Source of the DNA: Mobula hypostoma
Lineage: Eukaryota
Direction: 5' to 3'
Length of the DNA: 64,000 nucleotides
Assembly (NCBI RefSeq): GCF_963921235.1
Contig: NC_086109.1
Coordinates: 9,860,001 to 9,924,000, forward strand
The notes under the pieces were generated by a model. It was not told the DNA's origin. It saw only the letters and a program-made list of their open reading frames with translations, and ran no database searches. Positions 12,085-24,249 of this stretch are shown in pieces (positions within the stretch are counted from its first letter, which is position 1; every line of letters begins with the position of its first letter). Both the position numbers and the translations under genes were made by a program.

Positions 12085-14465
12085 GTCATAGAGTCATAGA
12101 GAACTACCGCATAGAAACAAGGCCATCGGCTCATCTAGTCCATGCCGAAACCATTTAAACCACTAATGGCCATCACTGGGACCATAGTCCTCCATATCCC
12201 TACTATCCATGTACTGTACCTATGCAAACATCTCTTAAACGTTGAAATTGAGCTCACATGGACCACTTGTGCTGGCTGCTCATTCCACACACTCATGACC
12301 CTCTGAGTGAAGAAGTTTCCCTTCATGTTCCCCTTAAACTTCTCACCTTTCACCCTTAAGACATGACCTCTGGTTGTAGTCCCATCCAACCTCAATGGAA
12401 AAAGCCTGTTTGCATTTACCCTATCTATACCCCTAATAATTTTGTATACCTCTATCAAATCTCCTCTCAATCTACTACTTTCTAAAGAATACAGTTCTAA
12501 CCTATTCAATCTTTCCTTACATCTCAGGTCCTCCAGACCTAGCAACATCCTTGTAAATTTTCTCTGTACTCTTTTAACCTTGTTTACATCTTTCCCGTAG
12601 GTAGGTGACCAGAATTGCACACAATACTTCAAATTAGGCCTCACCAGCACCTTATACAACTTCAACATAACTTCCCATCTTCTGCACTCAATACATTGAT
12701 TTATGAAGGCCAATGTGCCAAGAGATCTCTTTATGACCCTATCCACCTGTGAAGCCACTTTCAATAAATTATGGACCTGTATTCTCAGATCCCTTTTTTC
12801 TACCACACTCCTAGTGCCCTAGCATTCACTGTGTAAGATCTACCCTGGTTGGTCCTTTGAAAATGCAAAACCTCACAGTTGTCTGCATTAAGTTCCATCA
12901 GCCATTTTTCAGCCCATTTTTCCAGCTAATGAAGGTCCCTCTGCAAAGCATGATAGCCTTCCTCATGGTCCACTACACCCCCAATCTTGGTGTCATCCAC
13001 AAATTTGCTAATCCAGTTAACCAAATTATCATCCAGATCATTGATACAGATGACAAACAACAAAGGACTCAGGACTGATCCCTGTAGTAAACCCCAAGTC
13101 ACAGGCCTCCAGTCAGAGAAGCAACCCTCTACTACCACTCTCTGGTTTCTCCCACAAAGCCAATGTCTAATCTAATTTACTACCTTATCCTGAATGCTGA
13201 GCGACTGAACCTTCTTCACCAGCCTCCCATGTGGAACCTTGTAAAAAGCCTTGCTATAGTCCATGTAGACAGTATCCACTGCCTTACCTTCATCCACTTT
13301 CCTGGTAACTTCCTCAAAAAACTCTATAAGATTGGTTAGAAATGATCTACCACGCACTAAGCCATGCTGACCATCTTTAATCAGCCCATGTCTATCCAAA
13401 TATTTATATATCTGGTCCCTTAGAATACCTTCCAATAACCTTCCTAAAACTGATGACACACTCACCAGCCTACAATTTCCTGGTTTCTGTTTAGGGCCAT
13501 TTTTAAATAACAGAACAACATTGGTTATCCTTCAAACATCTGGTACCTCTTCGGAGAGGATGTTTTAAATATCTCTGCTAGGGCCCTGGCAATTTCTGTA
13601 CTTGCCTCCCGTAGTGTCTGAGGGAACACCTTGTCAGGCCCTGGACATTTGTCCACCCTGATTTGCTTCAGGCTACCAAACACCTCCTCCTCTGTAATCT
13701 TACTGGAAGTTATGCTACTTTGCCTCACTTCTATAGACTCTGTATCTCCCTCCTGAGTAAATACAGATGCAAAGAGTGCATTTAAGATCTCCCCCATCTA
13801 TTTTGGCTCCACACATGGATTACCATTCTGGTCTTCCAGAAGACCAGTTTTGTCCCGAGCAATCCTTTTGCTCTTAACATACCTGTAGGAATCCCTTAAG
13901 ATTCCCTTTCACCTTGTCTGCTAAAGCAACTTTGTGGCTTCTTTTAGACTTCTTGATTACTTAATCAAGTATTCGCTTGTATTTCTTGTACTCTATAAGT
14001 ACCTCATTTGTTTCTATTTGCCTATATCTGCTATGCACCTCCTTTTTTCTTTTAAGCAAGGCCTCAATATTTCTTGAAAACCAAGGTTCCCTACCCTTAT
14101 TATTTTTAACTTTTATTCTTACAGCACATACAAGCTTTGTACTCTCAAAATTTCATTTTTGAAGGCCTCCCACTTTGCAAGTACACCTTAGCTAGAAATC
14201 AGCCTGCTCCAATCCACATTTACCAGATCATTTCTGATACCATCAAAACGGGCCTTTCTCCAATTTAGAATCTCAACCCACAGACCAGATCTATCTATGA
14301 GCATATTTATATTTTGAAGCTAATGGCAATGTGATCACTGGATGCAAAATGTTCTCCTACACAAACTTCTTTCACCTGCCCTGCCTCATTCCCTAATAGC
14401 TGATGTAGTATCACATATTTTCTCATTAGGACTTCCACGAAGGAAACGTTCCTGAACACATTTGA
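12085..14465 (-). mobile_element. Degenerate CR1 LINE (APE end + RT), nested in an older plus-strand CR1
   Basis: Frameshifted ORFs 13525-13797, 13172-13465, 12926-13138 and 12135-12806 (YMDYSKAFYKVPH, QGSVLSP, FVDD); GTCATAGA tail. Confidence 0.92.
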
Positions 14466-14489
14466 CAAAGTTGACAAATTTGACATTTG

Positions 14490-15620
14490 GCATGCACTTT
14501 AGTAGAACAAATAAAAGTGTAGACTATTTTCTAAGTGGAGAGAAAATTCCAAAATATGAGGTGCAAAGGGACTTGGGAGTCCTTGCGCTGGATCCCTTCA
14601 AGGGTTAACTTGCATGTTGATTCAGTGGTGGGGAAGGCAAATGCAATGTTAGCATTTGTTTTGAGAGGACTAGACTATAAAGGCAAAGGTTTAATGCTGA
14701 GGCTTTAAAGGCACTGGTGAGGCCTCACTTGGAGTATTGTGAGCAGCTTTGGGCCCTTTATCTAAAAAAAGATGTGCTGGCGTGGAGAGAATTCACAGGA
14801 GGTTCACAAAATGATTCTGTGATTGAAAGGCTTATCATATAAGGAGAGTTAAAAGGCCTGAACAGATTAGATATGGCAAAGTTATTTCCCGTGGTAGAGG
14901 ATTCTAGGACAAGAGGGCACGACTTCAGGATTGAAGGACATCCTTTTAGAACTGAGATGCGGAGAAATTACTCTAGTCAGAGGGTGGTAAATCTGTGGAA
15001 TTTTTTACCACGAGCGGCTGTGGAGGCCAAGTCATTGGGTGTACTTAAGGCAGAGATACATAGGTTCTTGATTAGCCAGTGCATCAAAGGGTATGGGGTG
15101 AAGGTAGGGGAGTGGGGATGACTGGAAGAATTGGATCAGCCCATGATTGAATGGTGGAGCAGACTCGATGGGCCAAAAGGCCTACTTCAGCTCCTATATC
15201 TTATGGTCTTATGGAGAGTTTGATAGCTCTGGGCCTATACTCACTGGAATTGAATTGAACCCTATCGAATGGTGAAAGGCCTCGGTAGAGTGGATGGGGA
15301 GAGGATGTTTTCTACGGTGAGGAAGTCTAAGACTAGAGGACACAGCCTCAGAATAGAGGGTCACCCTTTTACAATTGAGATGAGGAGGAATTTCTTTATC
15401 CAGTGAGTAGTGAATCTGTGGAATTCGTTGCCACAGGTAGCTGTGGAGGCTAAGTAATTGGGTATACTTAAGGCAGAGTTTGATAGATTCTTGATTAGTC
15501 AGGGCATGAAGTGAGACAGGGAGAAGGCAGGAGATTGGGGCTGAGAGAAAAATGGATTAGCCATGGTGAAATAGCGGAGCAGACTTGATGGCCTAAATCT
15601 GCTCCTAGATCTTATGGTCT
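14490..15620 (+). mobile_element. Degenerate CR1 3' portion (its start is at ~12045-12088)
   Basis: CR1 RT C-terminal DNA motifs and TCTTATGG tail at ~15610. Confidence 0.88.
14851..15212 (+). mobile_element. Short CR1 3' end nested in another CR1, with 8-bp TSD GGAGAGTT
   Basis: ORF 14873-15121; TSD at 14843-14850 and 15213-15220. Confidence 0.88.
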
Positions 15621-16578
15621 TATACTGGCTCTCTGTAATTCAATGGTTGGAGTAGCTTTGAATTATTTTGCCTCTCTGTAATTCAATAGTCTGGAATAGC
15701 ATTGAATTACACTGGCTCTCTGCTACTCGACATTCTGGAATAGCATTGATTTATACCGACTTGCTGTAACTCAATGGACAGGTATAGTACTGAATTATAT
15801 TGGCTTCCTGTAACTCAATGGTCTGGAGTAGTATTGAATTATACTGTCTCGCTGTAACTTAATGTTCTGGAGTAGTTTTGAATTATGCTGGCTCTCTGTA
15901 AATCAGTCTTCCAGATTAGCATTGAATTGTGCTGCCTCTTTGAACTCAATGGTTCAGATTACACCAACTCACAAATCTCAATGTTTTGGAGTAGCACAGA
16001 ATTATACCAGCTCTCTGTAACTCAATGGTGTGAAGTAGTATTGAATTATACCGCATCTCTGTAATTCAATAGTCTGGTGTAGCACTGATTTTTTTTCTGG
16101 CTCTCTGTAACCGAATGGTGCAAGGTAACATTGAATTTTATCAGCTCTCTGTAATTCAATAGACTGAAGTAGCATTGAATTTTATCGTCCACTGTAATTC
16201 AATAGACTGGAGTATTGATCAATTATACAGGCTCTCTTTAACCTAATGGTCTGGAATTATTTTGTTGTTCCTCTTGTGACCTGTGGCACATCGGCTGGCA
16301 ACTTTGCCGTTTCTTTAGCATTTCTCTGTTTTTTATGAAGCTGGGTTGCCAGCTCGACGCTCAACCCCCACGGATAGAAAGCGTGCAAGGAGCCGGCCAG
16401 ATTCGAACTTGAGGCCATCTGCCTCGAAGTCTGGTATAGATGCCAATACACCACTGGCTGGCTTAATGGTCTGGAATAGCACTGAATTATATTGGCCCTC
16501 TGTAACTCAATGGACTGGAGTATCATTGAATTATACCAACTTTCTGTAGCTTTGCGGTCTGGGGTAGCATTAAATTAC
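15620..16578. repeat. 44-bp satellite array, block 5 (interrupted by a SINE)
   Basis: Same unit. Confidence 0.92.
16258..16463 (-). mobile_element. tRNA-derived SINE with 14-bp TSD
   Basis: Minus strand shows an A-box-like TGGTGTATTGG and a B-box GTTCGAATC; TSD TAATGGTCTGGAAT at 16244-16257 and 16464-16477. Confidence 0.8.
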
Positions 16579-17155
16579 AAACATGGGAAATTATGCAGAT
16601 GCTAGAAATCGAAAGCAACAAGTACAAAATGTTGGAGGAACTCAGCAGGTCAGGCAGCATCTATGGAAATGAATAAAGACTTAATATTTTGATCAGAGAC
16701 TCTTCTTCAGGACTGAAAGGGAGGGGGATGACACCAGAGTAAAAAAGTCGGGGAGGGAAGTTGAAAAAGGATAGTTAGAAGGTGATAGGTGAAGCAAGAT
16801 GAGTTGGAAAAGTAAACAGCTGGAGGGAAATGAATCAGGAGAGCGGACCATAGGAAAAAGGGGCAAAGGAGGGGTTGAAGGGGAAGGTAATAGGCAGCGA
16901 GATGAGGGAAGGGGCCAGAGATGAAAATAGAAGCCGAGGTGAGGGAGAGGGAGAAATCGCTATTCATGCCATCAAGTTGGAAGTGTTGTTCCTCCACCCT
17001 GAGGGTGGCCTCATTGTGGCATGAGTGGAGGTCATGAACCAACATGCCGGAAATGGAAAAGTAATCGGAATTAAAATGTTTGGCCACTGGGAAGTTCAGC
17101 TTTTGGTGGATGAAGCAGAGGAGCTCGACCAAGCGGTCCCTCAACTTACGACAGG
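16579..17155 (-). mobile_element. Penelope-like remnant (pseudo-LTR with decayed hammerhead + GIY-YIG fragment)
   Basis: ORF 16707-17231 contains KLRDRLVELL...FPVAKHFNS...LRVEEQH..LDGMN. Confidence 0.8.
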
Positions 17156-17169
17156 TAATTAAATTAGTC

Positions 17170-18503
17170 GTTACAGAGAGCTGACTTCTCATTATAGCAG
17201 CTCGCTGTAGCTGAATGGTCTGGAGTAGCATTAAGTTATACCACCTATCTGTAATTCCATGGTCTTTTGTAGCATTGAATCTCCCTCACTATGGTCCCAT
17301 GTAGCACTGATTTATACTGACTGTCTGCAACGCAATAGTCCACAGTGGCATTGAATTACACTGGCTTTGTGTAATTCAATAGACTGGAATAACATTGAAT
17401 TAAACTGGCTGTCTATAATTCAATGGACTGGGATTAGCATTAAATTATACTGGTTCCCTGTAACTCTGGTCCAGAGTAGCATTGAATTATACCGCTTCCT
17501 GTATCTGGAGTCCTGATAAATGTTCTTAGTCCGAAACGCTGACTGTTTACTCTTTTCCATAGATGCTGCTGGCCTGCTGAGTCCCTACAGCATTTTGTGT
17601 GTGGGCTGGTGTAGAATTCGATTATACCTGCTCTCTGTAGTTCAGTGGTCTGGAGTAGCACCATTTAAAAGTTCAAAGTCAAAGTAAATTTTTTATCAGA
17701 GTGCATATATGTCACGATATTCAACCCTGAGATTTATCTTTCTGGGAGCACACTCAACAAATCGATAGACTAGTAACTATAACAGCAACAATGAAAGATC
17801 AACCAGAGTGCAGAAGACAACAAAGTCTGCAAATACAAAGAAAAATAACTAGCAATAAATTACCAGAACATGACATAATGAGGTAACGAGGCCTTGACAT
17901 TGGTTGTGGGTATGTTTCAACAATGGAGCAAGTGAAGTTGAGTGTAGTTATCGTCTTTTGTTCAAGAGTCTGATGGTTGCGGAGTAGTAACTGTTCTTAA
18001 ACCTGCTAGTGCGAGCTCACTGTAACATTGTGGTCTGCAGAAGTGTTGGATTAACCCGGCTCTCTGTAATTCAATGGTCCAGTGTAGAATTGAATTACAC
18101 TGGGTTTGTAATTCAATGGTCTGGAATAGCATCAAATTATAATTGAATTATACCGGCTCTCTGTAACTCAATGGTCCAAAGTAGTATTGAATTGTATGAG
18201 CTGTCTGTAACTCAATAGTCTGGAGTAGCATTGAATTATACCAGTTCTCTTGAACTCAATGGACCAGAGTAATATTGAAATATACCAGTTCCTGTGCCTC
18301 ACTGGTCCAGAGTAGCAGTGAATTGTACTGGCATTGTGAAACTCAATAATCTGGAGTAGCATGAAATTATACCAGCTCTCTGTAATTCAATGGTCTGATG
18401 TAGCTTCAAATTATACCACTCTCTTTAACTCAATAGATGGGAGGGGCATTGAATCATATCAGTTCTCTGTAATTTAGTAGTATGAATAGCATTGACTTAT
18501 ACC
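17170..18503. repeat. 44-bp satellite array, block 6 (interrupted at 17500-17605 and 17665-18020)
   Basis: Same unit; last recognisable copy at ~18500. Confidence 0.9.
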
Positions 18504-18709
18504 ATGACGATTAAATATTTTTTATATGTTTTTGAGAATTGACCATCACTGTTCATACTGTGACTGAATAGGTTTCTTGTAGGTGCTCCAATTGCCTCCT
18601 TCATCCCAAAGAAATCTGGGTTGTTTGACTAATCGGCTAATGTAAATTGCCCTAGAGTGCAGGTGAGGGGTAAAATTTAGGGGGAATGAATGGAATTGTA
18701 GGGAGATTC

Positions 18710-19810
18710 AGAGTAAGAATCAATGTTATTATCACTCACTTAAATGAAACGAAATTTGTTGTTTTATAAAATAAGTAAGTGCAAAGGTATAGAATTACTA
18801 TAAATTACAACAGCAGAGGAACAATGTGTTAGTGTTCATGGATTCATTGACTATTCAGAAATTTGATGGTGGAGGGGAAGAAGCTGTTGCTGAATTGTTG
18901 AGTGTGTGCTTTAGGCTCCTGTACCTACTCTCCGATGGTAATAACCAGAAAGTGCTATATCCCAGATGGTGAAGGTCCTTCGTAATGGATGCTGCCTTCT
19001 TGAGGCACTGCCTCTTGAGGGTACCCTCAGTTATGGGGAAGGTTGTGCTGGAGATGGTGGAGCTGGCTGAGTCTACGACCTTCTACAGAATAAAATGTAA
19101 TCAGTGTAGAATTCAAAGTTCAAAAGTTCAATGTTCAAAGTAAATTTATTGTCAAAATACATATATGACACCACATTCAACCCTGAGATTCATTTTCTTG
19201 AGGTCATACTCAATTAATCCAATAAGCATAATAGAATCAATTAAAGACTGTATGAACAGGGCAGACAACCAGTGTGCAAGAGACAACAAGCTGTGCGAAT
19301 ACAAAAGAAAAAACAGAAGTAATGATTATAAATAAATAAGCAATAAATATTGAGGACATGAGATGAATATACTCTCCACCACGCATCAATTGAAGCTTAT
19401 CAAAGTTTTAGATGCCATACTGAATCTTCACAAATTACTGAGGAAGTAGAGGTGGTTTCTTCGCAACTGGGCTTAATGTATGGGGCCCAGGACAGGTCCT
19501 TTGAATTGATAATTCAGAAATTTAAAGTTGCAGACCCTCTCCACGTCTGATCCCCTAATAAGGACTTGCTCATGGACTTCCAGTTTCCTCCACCTGAGGT
19601 AAATAATTAGCTCCTTGGTCATGCTGACATTGAGTGAGATGTTGTTTTGGCACCACTCAGCCAGATTTTCAATCTCCCTCCTATATTCTGATTCGTCACC
19701 ACTTTTGATTCATTTAACAACAGTGGTGTCATCAGCAAGCTTAGATATGACATTGGAGCTGTGCTCAGCCACACAGTCATAAATGTAAAGCACGTAGAGC
19801 AGGACCTCGT
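18710..19810 (-). mobile_element. Two adjacent degenerate Rex1/Babar-type LINE 3' fragments
   Basis: AGAATCA and GTTCAAA tails, plus RT remnants (GCTGATGACACCACTG and AATGTCAGCATGACCAAGGAGCT on the minus strand). Confidence 0.7.
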
Positions 19811-20208
19811 CGTGCAGATGAATGTTTTTAATGTCAGTGCTGAAGCGATGGGCAGTATAGCTCTGTGAATCTGTGACTGCCACATCAGCTTTAATTGTCT
19901 GTTCTTCTTTGTCCTTGAATATTAGAAGTCGTTAAAGGTAATGACATGGAGCACATAAACTCACCTGGAAGTTCCAACCTCACCTGATATTAAACATCGA
20001 AACAGTAATTGCAAGAAACCGCATTGAACCTGTAGAGATTTCAGCGTGAACATAATATATAACCAGTGAAAAGGATTAGAAACCTTGGAAGGGGTCAATC
20101 TGTGAAGCACCATTACTGGAAATTCCTGGCAATGGAAAAAGGAGGAAAAGGTAGAGGAAGAAGCAGAAAACAGACCTGTTGGAGATTTGTTAGAAATTTT
20201 GTCAAAGC

Positions 20209-20402
20209 TGTCAACACTCAAACAACAAAGACAAGATTTTCTTCAGTTTTAACAATTTTTGTCTCTCCGTTCATGTTCAGGACTAAGGGCTGCCATCTTC
20301 TTACCCACAATTTTCCCCCTACCCCTTGCATGTATGCCCATTACAGGGAAAGTGTGCATCCCAACTAAATGTTTCCATAGCCCAAATGAACAGAATTCAA
20401 CA
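20209..20402 (-). repeat. 3' LTR of the Copia element
   Basis: TG...CA ends; aligns along its whole length with 23368-23559; adjacent purine tract on the minus strand (AAAAGGGATGGAA, ~20406-20418). Confidence 0.88.
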
Positions 20403-23346
20403 ATGTTCCATCCCTTTTATGTCTATTGAAAAAAAATAAAAAAAATAAAAATCAGTTTAAACGTCCATTAGGATATGGGAATTAGTTCTAACGTTTGATG
20501 TTGATACTATTCTTAAGGTACCAAATGCCTTGACTAAGTGCCTTCAGCAGCACAAGAGCTGGTGCTCCCTTCTTTGTGAGACAGTCATCCAGTTGTTCCT
20601 ATGTAGCTGACCACAACACGTGATGAATTTTCTGTGCTTGGCTGAGTTCCTTGAGGCTACTTATCCTTGGGTGAAGTGTCTTCTTTGTAACTGATTTGGT
20701 GGATTTGATGACATCAACAAAAGAGTGGTTGTCTGTGTCATAAGTTTTTTGAAAAGTGTTCTTCTTTGAGTCAGAATAGAGCGTGACCAGATAAACGGCA
20801 TTGTCAATACCTTCAGACCTTGCAAGGGTTTCTCCTGCTAGCGTCCTACGTACAACTCTTCAGAACCTTTGATTGCAGCAGGGAGGTGAATGTCTTTCCT
20901 CTTCTCCCATCAGTACAATAAAATGTCCCCCTTGAGTACCCTCATCAGGAAGATTTCGAAGTGAAACATCACTGCAGACAATGAGCCTCAGTGAGTCATC
21001 TTTTCCAGGCTGTTTTAACTTCAAGAGCACTTTTGCAGATAGAATTTTGCACACTATCTTGTTTGCCTCGTGTGAAGTTTATACTAAAGCATTTTTGGTG
21101 CTGGATACTAAGTTGCAGTCATCCAACATGCTGTCAAGTCTGCTCTGTCTTGCCAACCCTAGAACCTGACCTATCTTTGACCTGAGTTGCTCAGATTCAG
21201 CTTCAGTGAGGGGTGCGTCCTGCTGTATGGCATGTGAGGATTCAATGCGCACCCCGCTGTATGGCATGCGAGGGTTCCATGCGGATTGTCTGAAGATTCC
21301 TTATGTAGCCTTCCTTGATGCGTGCAGTGCTGAAGTATGTTTCCCAACTCGTTCACTCCTTGCAGTGCCCTCTAGAGCAGGTAGCTTGTTAGCCAGTACA
21401 GAGAGAAGGTTTGAATTCTGGCCAACACAAGCTGATGTGGGCTATAGCCATGTACATTGTGCATGGTATTCTTCGCCATAAGGGCCCAGTCCAGGGCTGT
21501 GTTCCAATCACAGCCATTGCTTTTCTTTACCTTCAGCATTATTTCAGTAAGCATTTGATTGTGTCACCGCAGAAGACCATTACTTCAAGGACTGTATGCC
21601 GTTGTTGCCTTTGTTTCAATGTTAAAGTTTTCTTCTACTTCTCTGAATATATCATTATTAAATTCGCCACCATTATCACTGAATACTTTCCAAAGTGGAC
21701 CATGTATACTCATCTAGGAATGGATGAAGTTTTTCACTATCTCTGAGAGTTTCTTTGTGTTTACAATGCTACCGGCTCTGAAACATGTGAACTCAGCAAT
21801 GACGTAGAGATAACATACTCATTGCTCCAGTTCAAGGAGATCTACGGCTACTGTTTCATTGTATCTAGATGCTAGTGGCAGCCCAACCACAAGCTTGAGT
21901 TTGGGCTTTCCAAACTTTTGGCATGTCTCACAGCTGCCAGCTATCTTCTTTAGAATGGAAAAATAGCCTGCATCTTTGTTGCATGAACTCCTGGGCAGTT
22001 TTTGAAGTCTATCAGTTGAATCATGTCCAGACTGCTCATGAGGATTGAGCAACACTTTGTGTTTCTCATATGTGGTCATGTTCTTTGTGACAGTCAGTAC
22101 TTCATTCTCAGATTGATTCTCAGTAATGTTCTTATCTAGAATTTTCACACAGTAACGTCCAGAGCAGGTGAGCTCAAGAGGCATTGGCTGTTCAAACATT
22201 GTTGTCTGATCATTCTCCACATCCAGTGCTACCCCTGCTTTCTTTAGGGAAGTTTTATTCAGGAGTAATGGGATGTTCAATGGTACCACCTCTGTTTCAA
22301 TGTAACATTTTGTCTGCCTTATTTTTGCAAGAATTTTCACTCTTTTGGTAAAATGTACAATCTTTCCCTCTCCAAATTTGAATGATACGTAATTGGGTGT
22401 ATCTGTACTCACCAGTTTATGCACTTCATTCTGGTTGAGTTCACTTACAGAGCTTTCAAGCTATTTTTCTCCACACACTGTGTACGTACAGGTTGTATCA
22501 ATAACAGCAGATGCTAGAGATTCTATCATCAAAATCTCTGCATCAGTTGTCTTTGCATTAGTATGTGATTCCTTGGCAAACAATGTGATATGGCACTCTT
22601 CTATACCTTCAGATTTAATATTTTCTTTATTTAGTCTAACTTGTTCAGTTCTTTTTGGACAGTTTCTTGCCCAGTGGCAAGTACTTTGACAAACTGCACA
22701 TTTCAATCTCCTGCTACACTTGTTTAGTGAATTTATGCCACTTAACGGTACCCTCATCTGGTCACTCTGAGACCTACACGTGCTTCACTCTCGTTTCTGC
22801 TCCGCGAAGTATGCTGTTTCCTGACTCAAACTAATTCCAACTGTTGTCTTGGCAGCCTTTTCTCCAAAAATCTTCTTCAGTGCCAATTTCATATAAACAA
22901 ATATAAGTTCTGTACATACAGTTAACACTAGCTGTCTGTCCTTTATGTCTAGACATGCAGTATCCAGCAATTTAAAAGCTTATACTGCATAAGGAAGTTC
23001 CATTTTGTATTTACACATATGTCTGTACTTTTGTTCAAGATCAATAACATAATCAGCCATGTTTCTAGAACTGTCTGTGGAAGTTTGTTGAAGTCTGAGT
23101 ATGTCTCATAAATCCGGTCCTCTTCTTCTTTTTGAAACACTGAGTCAAATGTGTTTATTACTGTATTGATACCATCACCTTTGATCAAATTTTCCACTGA
23201 AATTCCCATCCCAGTCTCTCTCGCTCATCCCAAAAATGACAATACAACTGCAAGGGCCTGCTTCTTCTTCTTGAGCTCTGTAATACGTCCATATTCCAAT
23301 TTCATTTTTCCAGCTGTCGTCGAATGCTGGTGGGATCCTAAAGCTG

Positions 23347-23366
23347 GAAACCATCCTCTGCTATCA
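23347..23366 (-). promoter_or_regulatory. Primer-binding site complementary to the 3' end of initiator tRNA-Met
   Basis: The plus strand reads GAAACCATCCTCTGCTATCA versus the vertebrate tRNA-iMet 3' end GAAACCATCCTCTGCTACCA (1 mismatch); it lies 1 nt from the LTR. Confidence 0.9.
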
Positions 23367-23367
23367 C

Positions 23368-23559
23368 TGTTAATGGTCAAACAACAAAGTCAAGATTTTC
23401 ACTCCTTTTAACAACTTCTCTCTCTCTGTTCACGTTCAGTATGTAAAGGTTTCCATCTTTTTACCCACAATCCCCTTTGACCTTCGTACACATGCCCATA
23501 ACAGGGAGAGTGCACATCCCAACTAAATGCTTACATAGCCAAGTGAACAGAACTCAACT
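23368..23559 (-). repeat. 5' LTR of the Copia element
   Basis: Direct repeat of 20209-20402. Confidence 0.88.
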
Positions 23560-24249
23560 GACTGATCTTCTTCTGACTGTTTTAACCATGGAGAGTCTGA
23601 ACTCCCTTCCACACAAATAGGAGAAGCCTCGAGATCAACCTGCATAGAGATTTTTCAGGTAAATTAGGAAATATGCGAAATTGTCACCAAATGCTGGTGC
23701 TGGGAGAAACAGTAAGATGGATTCTTGACCTCACAATCTACCTGACTATGATACTGCACCTTATTGTCTGCCTGCACTACACTTTCTAAGTAGCTGCTGT
23801 ACTTTATCTGCATTCTACTATTGACTTACTTGTTCTACCTCAATGCTCTGTGTAATGATTTGATCCATACGAATGCTATGCAAGATAAGCTTTTTATTGC
23901 ATCTCAGTACATGTAACAATAATCAACCAATTCCAGTTCTATCACCACATATACTTCAGATATTTCCTTGAGTCCCACAGGAGCCATGACAAATGTGCCT
24001 CTTTGACAGCAGATCGACAGGTCCAGTGAGAGGCTCCACATTTATCAATTCAAAAAGAGCAGGAGTAATTTGCATATTTACTAATTTAATGAAAAATCTC
24101 CACACACATTGATCTACAGGAAACCCGTTGCAGGGTGAAATTATTCAGAAACAACTTCTTCCTCTCTGCGATCAGAACCCATGAAATTGACTTCATTATT
24201 CCTTTATCTGCACTATTATTTATTTTGGAATTTCTGGTTACTTTTGTAT

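Larger units (their letters stand above)
20209..23559 (-). mobile_element. Ty1/Copia LTR retrotransposon, GalEa-like, decayed and internally deleted
   Basis: Paired ~193-bp LTRs. Minus-strand domain order: gag with CAVCQSTCHWARNC knuckle, protease (AVIDTTC), integrase (HEQSGH..CETC, VAVDL), RT end, RNase H (IVCSDVS; QLDDCLTKKG). PBS and PPT are present. Confidence 0.9.

Noticed and set aside
1314..18362. Repetitive-protein gene from ORFs such as LLQTIELQRAGIIQCYS
   Set aside because: These are translations of the 44-bp satellite; the period is not a multiple of 3 and stops are frequent.
200..18503. CRISPR array (regular palindromic repeats)
   Set aside because: The inter-palindrome linker is an 11-nt conserved part of the unit, not a unique spacer. 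There are no cas genes and the context is vertebrate.
23347..23366. tRNA-Met gene
   Set aside because: Only the 3'-terminal 20 nt match, directly beside an LTR; this is a primer-binding site.
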